Part shown: positions 27,333 through 40,661 of the stretch, in pieces
How the letters are laid out: each line of letters starts with the position of its first letter
Numbering within the stretch: the stretch's first letter is position 1
Assembly (NCBI GenBank): GCA_951406725.2
Contig: OX597821.1
Coordinates: 47,864,001-47,928,000 of the forward strand
Length of the DNA: 64,000 bases
Direction of reading: 5' to 3'
Source: Octopus vulgaris
Lineage: Eukaryota
Notes under the pieces: model-generated
Databases searched by the model: none
What the model saw: the letters and a program-made list of their open reading frames with translations, nothing else
What the model was told of the DNA's origin: nothing
Translations under genes and position numbers: made by a program

Positions 27333-28497
27333 ATATCATAGTAAGGTAAATCTTCTCACTTGTTTGTTATTGTTCCTTAGTCTTAAATGAAACCTGAAAT
27401 AGTAATGATATGGTCAAAGCCATTATAGGTGTGACCACCCTGAGTTAATAATCTATTGGCTACATGTCTACACTTGATAGTATAATGTTTTGCAAGATGA
27501 TATGAACTCTCTATACTTCAAATGATGACAAATCAATAAACTATTGATAAATGGTTATCAATTGTTAAAATTTTAATGACAAATCAACAAACTATTGACT
27601 CCTTTAAATATACTTGGCAGTTCAATATCTGTATGACTAAATGTTTATATGATTTCTTAATATTATTTGGTTGTTATTCTGATGTCTGCATCAGCTTTGA
27701 CTTTCACTGCTACAAGTCTTGTGTCTAGTAGTTGTTATGGTATTATTATTATTTGTCTGGTAGAGAACATCATTGTTTATGCTTGGTTCTTTTGACTTTT
27801 AAAACAATTGTTCATCTTTCAGATTGAATCTGAAATACAATAATACAAGGGAAGGAAAGATATTTCAGATAGTTATATGGTTTCAGGGTAATGTTTGGTG
27901 AAATCTGTTTTCTATTGGCTTGTAAAGGACATTTGAAAATTTTGTGTTGATCGGGAGTCAATGGATTTAACACAGCTCACGGTACTGAGGCCCAGAACCA
28001 GAACTGAACTTAGTAATAAATGGTATAAGTGCTCATACTGATTACAACACTGATCATCCTATGAAATCTATTTATATCTTGTGTAGAATTACTTATTTTG
28101 ACCATATTCTCAACATCACTTTTTAGGGATTGTTTACGACTCTGTTATCTAATGTTTCCTTCTAATCATTAAGACATATCAGTGTGATTTGAGAGGGTTT
28201 GGACTGGTATTTCCAGCAGGTGAAACTCCTATGTAAAGATTACCTTGTCAGCTTGCAATATTAACTGTTTCACTTTCAAGAGATATACTTCTATATTCTC
28301 TTGGCTAACTTAAATTAACATACTGACAAATTGACTGTATCAATAGCTTGATATACATGTAACATTTCAAAACCAATCAAATCAGAAAATTCCCAGTGTC
28401 AAAACTCTTGAAGTGGGTTGAAATGGTGAAAGCATTATATTGATAGCTGAAGACTGTAACCTTCATTGAATAATTAAATTAACAATAAAGTTATGTA

Positions 28498-29733
28498 CAG
28501 GGGTTGGACAAAATAGTGGAAACATCTAGCATCATAGCATAATTTTGAAATATCTATAAAACCATAAAAGCTTGTTTATTTTTATGTTTTTTTATTTATT
28601 ATTAGTGTTGCTTAATATGTTTTGCTAAAATTGCTGTTTCTTTTCAGATATCATCAGAAAAAGTGAATTAAAATTCATTAAAATGACAGATATATTGGAC
28701 TTTCAAAGAGGTCAAATTGTTGGTGCTTGTATGGCAGGTGCTAGTGTAATGAAAACAGCAGAAATGTTTGGTGTATCAAAAAGTACTGTCTTGAAAGTAA
28801 TGACAGCCTTTGAGAAAGAGGGAAAAACCTCCTCATCGAAACAAAACTCCAGAACAGACTCTTACTCGAATTGTTAGAAAGGATCACAAAAGTACAGCGC
28901 CCAAAATTACTGCAGAGCTTAATGACCACCTCCTGAACACAGTTTCCACAAAAACTGTTCGCTGGGAGTTGCACAAAGCCAGATTTCACTGGAGGGTTGC
29001 AATCAGAAAACAACTACTTTCAAAAAAACGTTACAAAGCATTTAGAGTGGAGTCAAAACCTACAGAATTGGTCCCTAGAGCAGTGGAAGAATGTTATTTC
29101 CTCAGACGACTCATCCATTACCCTGTTTCCGACCACCAGTTGAGTACAAGTGTGGAGACAGCCAAAAGAAGCATTTGACCCAGATTGCCTTCTTCCAAAT
29201 GTTAAACATGGAGGAGGATCTGTGATGATCTGGGAGGGTATATATCTTGGAAATCCACCAGCCCAATGGTTTCCCTTCATGGCAGAATTAATACTCAAGA
29301 CTATTTAAGCATTTTATCTGATCAAATTCATCCTATGGTTGCGGAACTGTTTCCAGAGGGAAACACAATCTTTCAGGATGATAATGCATCAATTCACACA
29401 GCTAAAGTTGTTACTGAATGGCACAAGGAACATTCTAGTGAAGTTGAACATCTTACCTGGCCACCACAGTCCCCAGATCTTGAAGTTATGGAACATTTAC
29501 GGTGCATTTTAGAAAAACAAGTAAGGAGTCAATATCCTCCACCATCATCACTACAAGAACTAGAGACTGTTTTAGCTGAAGAATGGACAAAAATTCCTTT
29601 GGAAACAATTCAAACTTTGTACAAGTTTATACCTCATAGAATTCAAGCTGCAATTACTGCCAAAGGCAGTCCTACCCCATATTAAAATAAATTTGAAATT
29701 TTAAAGTGTTTCCATTATTTTCTCCAACCCCTT
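28498..29733 (+). mobile_element. Tc1-like element with DD36E spacing
   Basis: 27-bp TIRs CAGGGGTTGGACAAAATAGTGGAAACA (24/27 match), left TA; frameshifted transposase 28683-29685; QDDNASIH...WPPQSPDLEVME. Confidence 0.93.
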
Positions 29734-30395
29734 CGTTCCAATTAATACTGATAATATTTGTAATGATAGAAGATATGTTAGTTTTCTTCAAAGCTTTAAA
29801 ATGAAAAGGATAAGGATAATATTTTATCTGACAAGATATGAATATTTGAGGTTTCTTATTGCACTGAACCTTGTACCAGAATGTCAACTTTATAAAATAT
29901 CAAATGTCTGAGTATTTTATAATGTCTATTATATTTTCTTTATTAATCCATGATACAAGTACATTTTTAATATGACTGTCAACTCACACTTTTCTACATT
30001 TGTCATATAAAATTATAAACATGTCAGCATATAAAAATGGAGACATTCACAAGAGAGCAGATATTTAAATGTAAGACAACAGCAACGATAACAACAAGAA
30101 ACATCAAATATATTTACCTCGTGCTTTCAATGTCTGTTATTTCCATGATATTTTATCTATAACACATATGATAAGATCTAAATAAATAAAAAAGAATCTA
30201 TATTTATTTTGCAGTTTTTATAGTTGAAAAGAAACTACAGGAATTCGAGATTTGATTGGTCTATTTATTCATCATATTTTGATTTCCTTCAAATCTTAAA
30301 TCTTTGATAAACTGTTCTTTAAATTATTTTCTTTCTGGGCGAGCGTTCTACAACTTATTAAGTAATTACCTCCATTCAGTCTCTAAATATGTATG

Positions 30396-30987
30396 CTGTT
30401 CACTAAATACTTCTTTATGTTCCTTATCCACTAACAGTTAAGTAAATACTTTTTTGTGTTCCCTGGTACACTTATGTTAACTGTTCACTAATTAAATCAT
30501 TGTGTCCTTTGTTTACTAACTTTTCACTAAATATGTCTTTATGCTCTTTGTTCACAAACTGTTCAGTAAATACTTCTTCATGTTCCTTGTTCACTAACTC
30601 TTCAGTAAATACTTCTTTGGGTTCCCTGGTTCACTAATGTTAACTGTTCACTAAATAAATCTTTATGTTCTTGGGTTCATCTATATTAACTTTATACTAA
30701 ATAGATATTTGTGTTCCCTGTTTACTAAATAAATTTGTATGTTCCCTGCTCTGTACATTTTAACTGCTCCCTAAATAATTCTCTGTTTCTTGGTCCACCT
30801 CTATTCTCTGATCAATAAAAAAAAATCTTAGTTTCCTGGTTTCCATATGTGAACTATTCAATAAATAACACTTTATGTCCTCTGGTGTACCAATGTTAAC
30901 TGTTTACTAAATAAATCTTTATGTTCCATGTTTTGCCTATGTTACCTGTTCAGTATTGAAGCCACTGTATTCCTTGGTTCACCTATG
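30396..30987. repeat. Degenerate minisatellite, ~39/46-bp units
   Basis: Recurring CTGTTCACTAAATA..TCTTTATGTTCC(C)T(G)GTTCAC, roughly 13-14 units. Confidence 0.85.
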
Positions 30988-31022
30988 TCGTCGTCGTCAT
31001 AATCATCATCATCATCATCATT

Positions 31023-31109
<87 letters not shown>

Positions 31110-31158
31110 GTCATCGTCATCATCATCATCATCATCATCATCATCGTCATCGTCATCG

Positions 31159-31222
<64 letters not shown>
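30988..31222. repeat. (CAT)n microsatellite, expanded tail of a minus-strand family-B end
   Basis: Read directly; abuts the family-B 3' end at 31223-31420. Confidence 0.95.
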
Positions 31223-31223
<1 letters not shown>

Positions 31224-32315
31224 TTTTAATGTTCCCTTTCAATGATGGCATAGGTTGGATAGTTTGACAGGATCCAATGGATACAAGTAGTGCAACATGC
31301 ACCAATGTCCTCTTTGACATAGTTTCTACAGTTGAATGCTCTTTCCAACGCCAACCACCTTACAGAGTATGCAGGATGTGTTGTTCACAGTACCAGCCCT
31401 AATGAGATCACTATGTAGCTTACTAGACTATGGTGTCATTTGACTAAACAGCACTGCTTTAGAATGGGAGGCAGCTTTATACTAGGCGATGGGTTAAAGT
31501 ATGCAAGAAGGAGGCCAGAACAGAACAAGTTCCTTACTTGGTGAGGAGCAACATGGCTACTCACATTGTAGAAAAGAGGGTGAGAGTTACTGGGATGGCT
31601 CTGGAAAGAGAGAGAGATAAAATAGTGATGATGAGACATCAAGGTGCACTATTAAGGGATGAGGTGAAATGTCGGGAATGGAAAACAGGGAGTGTGGGTG
31701 GGTAAAAGTTGAAAAAGTGTTTGAGAGATGGTTAGAGGAGAATGGATGATGAATGAAGGGATTAATATAATGAACAAAAAACAAGTGTTGAAGAATGACG
31801 AATATACATTAAGGGGAAAGATAAGGGAGAGTAGAAAGTGATTGCCAGAACAGAAAAAGTAGAATAGGAGATGACTGATAGTAGAGGAAGAGTAACTGAA
31901 TAGTAATTATTATACAGTTGACAAGGGAAAGAGAGATGGCATATGAGTGGGTAGGTTGCAAGACTGTAAGGGAAAAGGTATACATAATGCACAGTGAGAG
32001 TGAGAGTGAGAGGTACATGATGATGAAGAAGGAGATATCATATGGTGGCATAGAAGGATGATCAAGGTGAAATGTATGTGGAGAAAGACAATATTAAAAA
32101 TGAGGGTGGATAACAAGTTATATGTTTCTGGGTAGCAAGAAAGATAAGTGGCATCAGAGAATAAAAGAAGGTGGCACATGCAGTTCTATTCACATTTGAT
32201 CATAGCAGCAGACTGTTGCAGAGAGGTAGGTAATGGAGGTGTCAGTGAGAGAGAGAGAGAGATGACAATTGTGGAGAAGGCTTGAAGATGAAATTGGGCA
32301 AGGGATGGCACAGTT

Positions 32316-32618
32316 GTGGAGGCACATGGCTTAGTGGTTAGAGAAGCGAACTCGTGGTCGAGGGATCACGGGTTCAAATCTCAGACCGGGCGATGCGTGT
32401 GTTTATGAGCGAAAACACCTAAGTTCCATGCGGCTCTGGCAGAAGGTAATGGCGAACTTCTGCCGACTCTTTCACCACAACTTTCTCTCACTCTTTCCTC
32501 CTGCATCTTACAGCTCACCTGCGACGGACTCGCATCCCGTCCAGGTGGGGAACCTATATACCAAGAAACCGGGAAACCGGCCCTTATGAGCCAGGCATGG
32601 CTCGAGAAGGAACAAACA
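32316..32618 (+). mobile_element. Full-length SINE, family D
   Basis: Colinear with 27027-27332; TSD ATGGCACAGTT at 32305 and 32619. Confidence 0.93.
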
Positions 32619-34737
32619 ATGGCACAGTTATATACATTTAGATAGGCAACTCTATTTCAGAACCACATATCACCAGTCATACTGATTCTTTGTCATCTCT
32701 TCTGTGAGGTACAAGGCCCTGAGATCAGCCTTCATCACTTTTGTTTTAGGTCTCTCTAATGCACAAACTCCATCCACATTAACTTATCACCACTTTCTTG
32801 TACAACTGTCCTCCTTAGGTATCCATATCAGTGCAGTCTTCTTCCTTGCATACTACACGTTATTCCTCTTGCTCCCAGTTTTTCTCTTGATACACATGTA
32901 CTTTGTTGTTCATGTACACTTACATTGCACATCCAATGAAGCATGCTATCTTCATTTCTTTTTCATATTACACTATACAGAATCTCCAGAATTCTCAGTA
33001 ACTAATACCAGCCTACCTCCTTAAAAGCCACTACAGTAGATATGCCTTTGTCATAAACACATTAACACATTTTCACTCAGATTTGTACAATGACAGCCTT
33101 TATTTGAAATGGTGGCTACTATTCCTCATCAAGTAACACTCTGGACATTTTTTAGCTATGTAGTCCTCAAATCAGGCAGAAATAATAGTTACATCTTTTA
33201 CACATCTTACTTAACTGTCTTGAAAATATTAGATAAATATATTTGATAAAGTAATCTCAGATCGACTCCATCACCACAAACAAAATGTGATGCCCCTGGA
33301 TGGAACATCCTCAATTACAGATCTACTTGATCAGTACTAACAACTGGAATTAAATAAAAACCACCATAACCATTTTTATTTCTTTCTTCTACTATTGTTC
33401 ACATTGATGCTCTCTTAGCACCACTGCAACCACCACCACCACCACCGTAAGCAAATGCCCTCAGGTGGCAATGCATTGCAATTGTCCAAAAAAGACCCAT
33501 CTCCACTTTATATAAACAAATAAGATACTTTCTTTCCTAGTTTTCTTGAAGTTGAATAAATTCCGACTTTCAAATTATTTCATAATTTGAATATGTTTTA
33601 CATTCGATACTTACAAAAGTAAACTTGTATAAACACTTTTAGTTTACCATTATAGAATAGCTCCTTTAAACGTAATATTCATAAGTGTTGTATGGAACAA
33701 CTTTTGTTGACAAAATGTCTGTGGTGTGCTAGTTACATGACACCAGCATCAGTAGGCCCAACACTCAAAAGATGCTCTTATGTGGCACTGGCACAAGTGC
33801 TAGTAACATGACTCAGGAATCAGCCAGGCATCTTTCAGTTGCTGTTTAGCGAATCCATTTACGAAATGTTGGTTGACCTGGGATTACTGTAGAGGACACT
33901 TGCTCGAGCAGCCATGCAATGGAACTGAACCTGAAAGCACGTGATTGGAAAGCAAACTTCTTGAACATACGGCTATACACCCCCACACACATACACACAT
34001 AATCCTCACATATGTATATCCAAATGTTGCTTACATGCTCTTAATCCGTTAAGCTGCACCACAGCATTTGTTAGGTAATAGCAGTACAGTTGTTTATTTA
34101 AAGATTATTTTGTGTGAGTGTGTGTATTTGTGTGTGCATGCACACGGTTGTACACTCATTTATCAGTGCATGTATTTGTGTATATGTGTGTTGATATATG
34201 AAGTGCATCTTCTCAACAAAGTGCATATGGAAATAGTCAGCATAATTGACAGCTGGGCCAGTTGTTTCCAGTTCTTAATTTGAAACATGCCAATATTAAT
34301 TCAGTCTTTTATACATCTAAGTCAGGGACCATTCAGAGGTTATTTTTTGCTTCTGTTTTTACTTTTTCATTTTTTTTCTTTTTTTTTTTTGCTGCTGTTG
34401 ATTTGTTTTAGTGTTGTGTCTTTGACTGTTTTGTTGTATTTCCTGTTTTTCAGTTTTCCATTCTTACATGGGATGTGGGAACAATGATAAAAATAAATGA
34501 AATGAGGATAAATGATAATGACTATTACAATCATCATTATCATCATCTTCATAATTATGAGATGAACAGTATGCTCATTGCAATGATAATGACACTGATC
34601 ATGTTAAGATGTTGATGATAATGATAATGTTAAAGATAATGTTAATTTAATGATTATCATCTTGAAGCTAAAGTACCATTTCCATACCACACCACATATG
34701 CACACTCTCACAGACATTTGTGAGTATGAACTCACAG

Positions 34738-34779
<42 letters not shown>

Positions 34780-36314
34780 GACTCACATGTATACAAGTAT
34801 GTGCATTCATGTATATGCATTCACACAAATACCCACATACCCACAACCATATACACATGCACACACACACACAAATTTTCTACTAAAATCCTAAGAGCAA
34901 AAAAATTTTGATCTAAGACTTGCTGTTTGGCTTTCTTTTAGAAAATGTCTCCCATAATTAGTTGCCCTCTTGGAAGACAGAATTAGTTGAGGAAATAAAA
35001 TTCTAAAACCTCATAAAAAAATTAAAATATGGCTGACATATTAAACTTGAGATGGTTCTCTATTTCCCTCTCTCATGCTTTCCCTTTATAATTCCTACTA
35101 GTAATACACTAATATTATTTGTAGATAGTTTTATTTGCAGATGTTACACTCCTGCCTCTGTGGAGGTGAAAGACTTAGTGTTTCAGGTGTTAGACTCATG
35201 ATCATAAGATTGTGGTTTCAATTCCTGGACAAGGCAACACATTGTGTTCTTGAGCAAAACACTTCATTTTGCTTTACTCCAGTTCACTCAGCTAGTAAAA
35301 ATGAGTATTCCTGTGACAGACCAGCATCCCATCCAGGGAGGAATATATATACATCAGAGAAACTGGGCGTATGCATCTTACTGAGTAATTTGGCCTAAAC
35401 AGTACTCCTGCTCTGCAACACTCAGTTTCGGAGACAAAGCCAGATTACAGAAAAAAAAAATAACAATAAGGCAGTGAATTAGCAGAGTCATTAGAGCATC
35501 ATTTATAATGCCTCATGTTATTTGATCTGAATTACTGTGCTCTGAGTTCAAGTCCTGCTGAAGTCAACTTTACTTTTTATCCTTTTAGGGTGAATGAAAA
35601 AATGCCAATTCAGAGTAGTATTAGTGGAATTAATAGAATATTAAATCAGATGCTTTATGATATTTGTACAGTTCTCCACATTCTGAGTTCCAATCCTACC
35701 TTAGCCTCCATGTTGAGTAGAATGAATCCCTCACACAGTTTAACAACATTACCTGGAATCTTGGAGTCAATCTGTTAGCAAAGGCCACTCTGTTGCAAGC
35801 ATTTGGGTTAGGTTTCCAATTTAAGGATGCCTTCCTCTCTCTCTTTCTTTCTCCCACCAGGCTTAGAGAACTTTAAAGGGTATAATACTCCCTCCTGACA
35901 ATAAGATAAAAAGAAAAAAAATATTAGTGCTCTGTGTTTGTCTCATAGACACTGCCAGAGCAGAAAGTTCTACCTGCTTGAAACAGCAGCCAAATCTTCC
36001 TAATTTCCCGTCCTAACATGTTAAAAAAGGACACATTGAATAGTGTAGTCCTTGATATCTTATGCTTTGAAACAACATGGAGTGGTCAAAACTGGAATGT
36101 CTCTCAATATAGATCTACTCAACTGTAATGGATGACATGAGATTAAACAACTGAAACAGCTGCAGCAGCAGCAGCAACAGCAACAATTACTGCAGTTACA
36201 GAAACTAAGAGACATCAGGATTTAGTTCTGTCCCTCTTTGTTTGAAGTTCAAATCCTTGGTAGTTCAATATTGACTTCTAATGTTGATAATAAGCATCAA
36301 TATCAATGTGTGTA

Positions 36315-37492
36315 CAGGGTGTCCCAGAAAGATTTACCCATTGATATTTCGTAATTATTCAAAATAAACTTAAGGTATGATAATGAAATTTGGCACACCT
36401 GTTCTAATATAAATTGTCAATCCATTAAGGTAAGGGCATTTCCAAACAACCAGCTTTGGTCTTGATTATAGCTTACAAATGAGTGGTCACTGAGTTGCAC
36501 GAGCATTGTACCACCCCTTCATCCAACTTGACCCATAAAGACAGAAGGGCTTTCTCCAGATCTGACACATTTGAATAGAAGCGAGCAGAAGAAGCATTAC
36601 TCTCTAAGATGGACCAGATATCAAAGTCCATGGGATTGATGTTGGGACTTGAAGGAGGCCATATTGTCTTGTCCCAAAAACCATTGAAATGTTCTTTGCA
36701 ACACCTCTGTGTCAAATTGGATGTGTGAAGATTGGATGTGTAATGGTTACCAAAGGTTTCTATGACACAGGGTAATGCTTTCTCACCCAACATTTCCACA
36801 TGAACTTCACTATTGACCTTGACACCAGCATCGATGAAGATCAAGGGAGACTTGGACCCATCAGCTGCAACTGTTGCCCACACCATGAGTGAAGCTGATT
36901 TCTGACTGTGTAAATGGCACCTGCTAGCTTTGGGCAAGTCTCCTACATTACATGCATAAAGTCTGTCATTCTGCCTGTTGGTAACTGCCTCCATGGGGAA
37001 GATCTTCTCAGCGGACCAGATCAACACTTTATTAGCAATGCGCTTCATCTTTAAAAATCCTGTGCATTGACAATTCCGACATATCAAGAGCTTTTGCAGT
37101 TTTTCTGGCACTCCCTTAGGGATTTTGGTTCATTTGTTTAGTCACAGCTTCAACTGTTCATTTGGTACAAATTGATCATTTCCTACCAGGAATTGGTTTG
37201 CAAGAAGTAGTAGCAAACTTCATATATTGTTTCCAGATATTGAACAGTGTTTTACAGCACACATTTAACTGTTTTGCTATGTCCTTGTTGCTCACTCCAG
37301 CTGTTTTCAAAGTGACAGTCTGGTCACATTTTACTTTCAGTGCCATGTTTGATTACAAATCTGTTATAAAATGAACAAAACAATAGACACAGGAAGAAAA
37401 GACATAAGTAAATATTTATGCAAAATGTAGATAATATTACCTGAACCAATACTCTCTAAGAAGAGTTTTAAACATGGGTAAATCTTTCTCTG
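36315..37492 (-). mobile_element. maT/DD37D-like transposon, degraded
   Basis: TA-CAGGGTGTCCCAGAAAGATTTACCCAT and a partial inverse ATGGGTAAATCTTTCT at 37474; ORF motifs NRQNDR, MVWA, GVKVN and WPPSSPNINPMDFDIWSILE. Confidence 0.88.
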
Positions 37493-38007
37493 TGTGTGTG
37501 TTTGCATGCATGCATGCATGTTTATGTGAGTGCGTGTCCCTTCCTTACAAACCTGTATTTTTGCATCAATATAAGCAATCATTAATTAGCAGGAGAGAAA
37601 TCACTAATTAATCTATGAGAAACCATTAATTAGTGTATGAAGGAAATGGCTTTGTTGTATAGCAGTTTTAATTCATTCTGAGAAATAGGGCCATTTTAGA
37701 GTGAATTATTGAATGAACAGATACATAGTCAAAAGTAGCTTAACCATGACCATTCCTTCTTTTAACAAATACAAGTAAAACCTTGGTTTTCCAAAACCTT
37801 TGGTTTCAAAGCCTTTACAGATTATCTTTCACTTGCTTCCTTCAGTAGATCGCGGCCATGCTGGGACACTGCCTCAAGGAATTTTTAGTCGAATGTATCG
37901 ACTCCAGTACTCATTTCTTTTTCTAAAGCCTGGTACTCACTCTATTGGTCATCTTTTGTAGATGATATTTTAAAACTATTTTTAAAATATTTTAATCACT
38001 TAATGTA

Positions 38008-38090
38008 CCTCTGATGAAGGTAATGTGGCCATTTGTATTGGTTGGAAGATTCACCCAATACAAACACAATTTCTTGAAATGATCGTAAGG
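38008..38090 (+). ncRNA. Type I hammerhead ribozyme with extended stem II
   Basis: CCU CUGAUGA(38011) ... UUUGUAUUGG/CCAAUACAAA ... GAAA(38076) U GAUC GUA AGG. Confidence 0.8.
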
Positions 38091-38548
38091 ATTTATACGC
38101 TATTATATACTACTGGTCATCTAACCTCATAGTTGACTTGTAATATTGGAATGTAGGCACCTAAAAATTTTGATGAATTTACATTTATGTATTCTGATAC
38201 TGTATATGAATTTTGATAAAGGAATTTCACCTATGAAAGTTTGTCCTTCACCTTGATTTGTGGTATTATTTGCTCCTGTAGAGCGCTGATTAGTTTTGCT
38301 GCAGTAAAGGTTTTCCTTTATATTTTTGTAATAATTATGTGTGTGTATGACTATGTATATATATATATATATAAATGGAGTTTAACGCAGGTGTAATTCA
38401 AATTCTTTTACTTTCAACACATACTTCAAAGATTTCACTGATATTATTTATTTGTGTGATTTTTTGCTACCCTGGTAACTATTTATCTATTTTTTCTGTG
38501 TTAATTGTTGATAAGGGGAAAATACGCACATCTATTTATATATATATA

Positions 38549-38687
38549 CCGGAGTAAACACATAACTGTGAAACAAGGTGGAAAAAAGAGTACTCAAATA
38601 CCAGGGGTAGAGTAATATGCTTTATTTAAAAGCAGCAGAAATTCAACAAAACCTGTTACTCTGAGTTTCCCGTTCCCGTTCGTCGGA

Positions 38688-38693
<6 letters not shown>
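38549..38693 (-). mobile_element. Short (TA)n-flanked PLE-like element beginning with a hammerhead-like motif
   Basis: Minus strand: CUGU CCGACGA ACGGGAACGG GAAA CUCAGA GUA ACAG (38653-38690); TA runs on both sides. Confidence 0.7.
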
Positions 38694-38743
<50 letters not shown>

Positions 38744-40169
38744 TAATGTATGTATATATGTAGGTATGTATGCATGTATGTAGCTAGGGAGACAGACAGA
38801 CAGATAGATAGATAAATAGACAGATATCAACATCAGATAAGGCATTGCACAGATTCCATCAACCCAATTCCAAAATATAATCCCATTCACATGGTAATCA
38901 TGAAGCTGAAGGAATCATAAGAGATAGTTGCACAAAGTGTACCATAGAGTGCAAACGAACCAAGAACTACCTGACTGTGAAGTGAACTTGTTAGGCACAT
39001 GACTGTGCCTAGACTGAGATCAAATCCTTTATAAGGATTTGAGAGATAAAAAATAATTACCAGTAATATTTTGGTGTTAATTCAATCAACTGCACTGATG
39101 TCGTTCAGTATTTGGCCTTGTGCCTAGGTGAGAAATCAATATTATGATTTACTACCGACAGACAACAGTAGCACCAGCAGTAGCAGCAGCAAGTTGATGC
39201 TAATCGTGATGCATACTCTATATTAAATCGAGCTTGTAGCCATTCCGCTTCTAATGCTAATACTCTTCAGAAAAAACAAAAAATAAGAACCATAAATCTA
39301 CAAAGATGCACAACTTCATTTAGCTCCTCTTATAAATCACAGACATTTTGTTCTATTTAAAAAAAAATCATCCTGATGTTGATTTATTTCTAAAAATATT
39401 GAGACGGGAACTAATGTTTGTAGCAATAATCTGTGTCTTGCACCTATTTTTGATTCCCAGTTCTAGCATGGATGTCTTATATTATTCTCATCACTCCCTT
39501 GTCTTCTCTCATACTTCATGTGGAAGATTAACAGACAAAGAAATGAGTGCAATTGTAAAGAAGCAGGAATTGCGATAAATGGCCATCAGTATCAGTTTCA
39601 ACATGGAACTGTGGGGATGGAGTGGCATGGTCAGTAGATTGCTACATTAATCACTGGAATAGAGTTATACCTAGTTACATTAGTGGGTTCAATCTCCTCT
39701 GAGAAACAAGTTAGTTCTTATTCATTGGACAACAGTAATTCTTTCAGAAACACACAGTCGTACATACAAAAGCAAGTGTGTGTCTACCCTGTGTGTAAGT
39801 GTGCATTTGTGTGTGCATGCACACTTGTGTGTGTGGTATGCAATTTAACAAGTAGTATAACACTCAATCAGTTAAGAGAGTAATTAAAAACAATTAAGAG
39901 CCTTGTGAAATTACAGCTACCCAAGGCTTAGTGGCCAAAATATTAATTTATTTTGTCATTTTTTAAGTTGATAAAAACAAGACAATTTAATAACTGCATT
40001 TGATGTAATCAAGTTTTGAATGAGCTTGTGCATTTTGGGAAAATAAAAAACAAGAGCAATCAAGGGGGGATAATTAAATGCACAGGAAATATAACCAGTG
40101 TATAACAAGTATCAAAATTACATAAACCAGCACTGAAATGGCTTATGTTATGTCCAGTTGTTTATCTTA

Positions 40170-40530
40170 AATTCCTTCTAAGATGTATTTTGGAAAACGT
40201 AGGCATGATGGAAAAAATTCACTCCTAGAATTTATACAGTCCCTGAAGATTCTTAATATTTTTAAACGATACACTTATTCATACAAACATACGGAATATC
40301 ATTCTGACCCATTAATATAAAGCTTGGTCATAGACAGGATCTTTTATTTGATATTGTAGTTGATGTTCTTATCCTTATGTTTCCAGATTAATGCCAAGTG
40401 TGTGGTTGCATGACTTTTCGTAGGATGTCTAAATGTAGAAAGACAGTTGTTGCATCTGAATTTAAATTCCCCTTCCATCGGTCCTATATAACTTTTGTTC
40501 TCTGTCTCACCAGTGTCATAGTTTACTGAT
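40170..40530 (-). pseudogene. Penelope-like GIY-YIG endonuclease C-terminal relic
   Basis: KSYIGPMEGEFKFRCNN...F...TTHLALIWKHKDKNINYNIK*KIL...VCLYE. Confidence 0.85.
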
Positions 40531-40580
40531 GTATGTATGTATGTATGCCATGTCCCAAATAAAGTGCACTTCATATTCAA

Positions 40581-40661
40581 GGCTCTGACGAAGCTATAGA
40601 ATGTTATCCAAGGGCTCAACTAACAATCCACCATATCTTATAACAGAAGCAGCTGTAAACT
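40581..40661 (+). ncRNA. Degenerate type I hammerhead
   Basis: CUGACGA(40585) A GCUAUA...UAUAAC A GAAG CAGCUG UA; A15.1 is G and stem I is decayed. Confidence 0.55.

Noticed and set aside
30396-30987. CRISPR-like periodicity
   Set aside because: No unique spacers, degenerate units, eukaryotic context and no cas genes.
30956-31267. Poly-His/poly-Met ORFs (also poly-N/I/Y at 47906-48314 and 62426-63318, and HT/CV/YLSI ORFs)
   Set aside because: These are translations of microsatellites.
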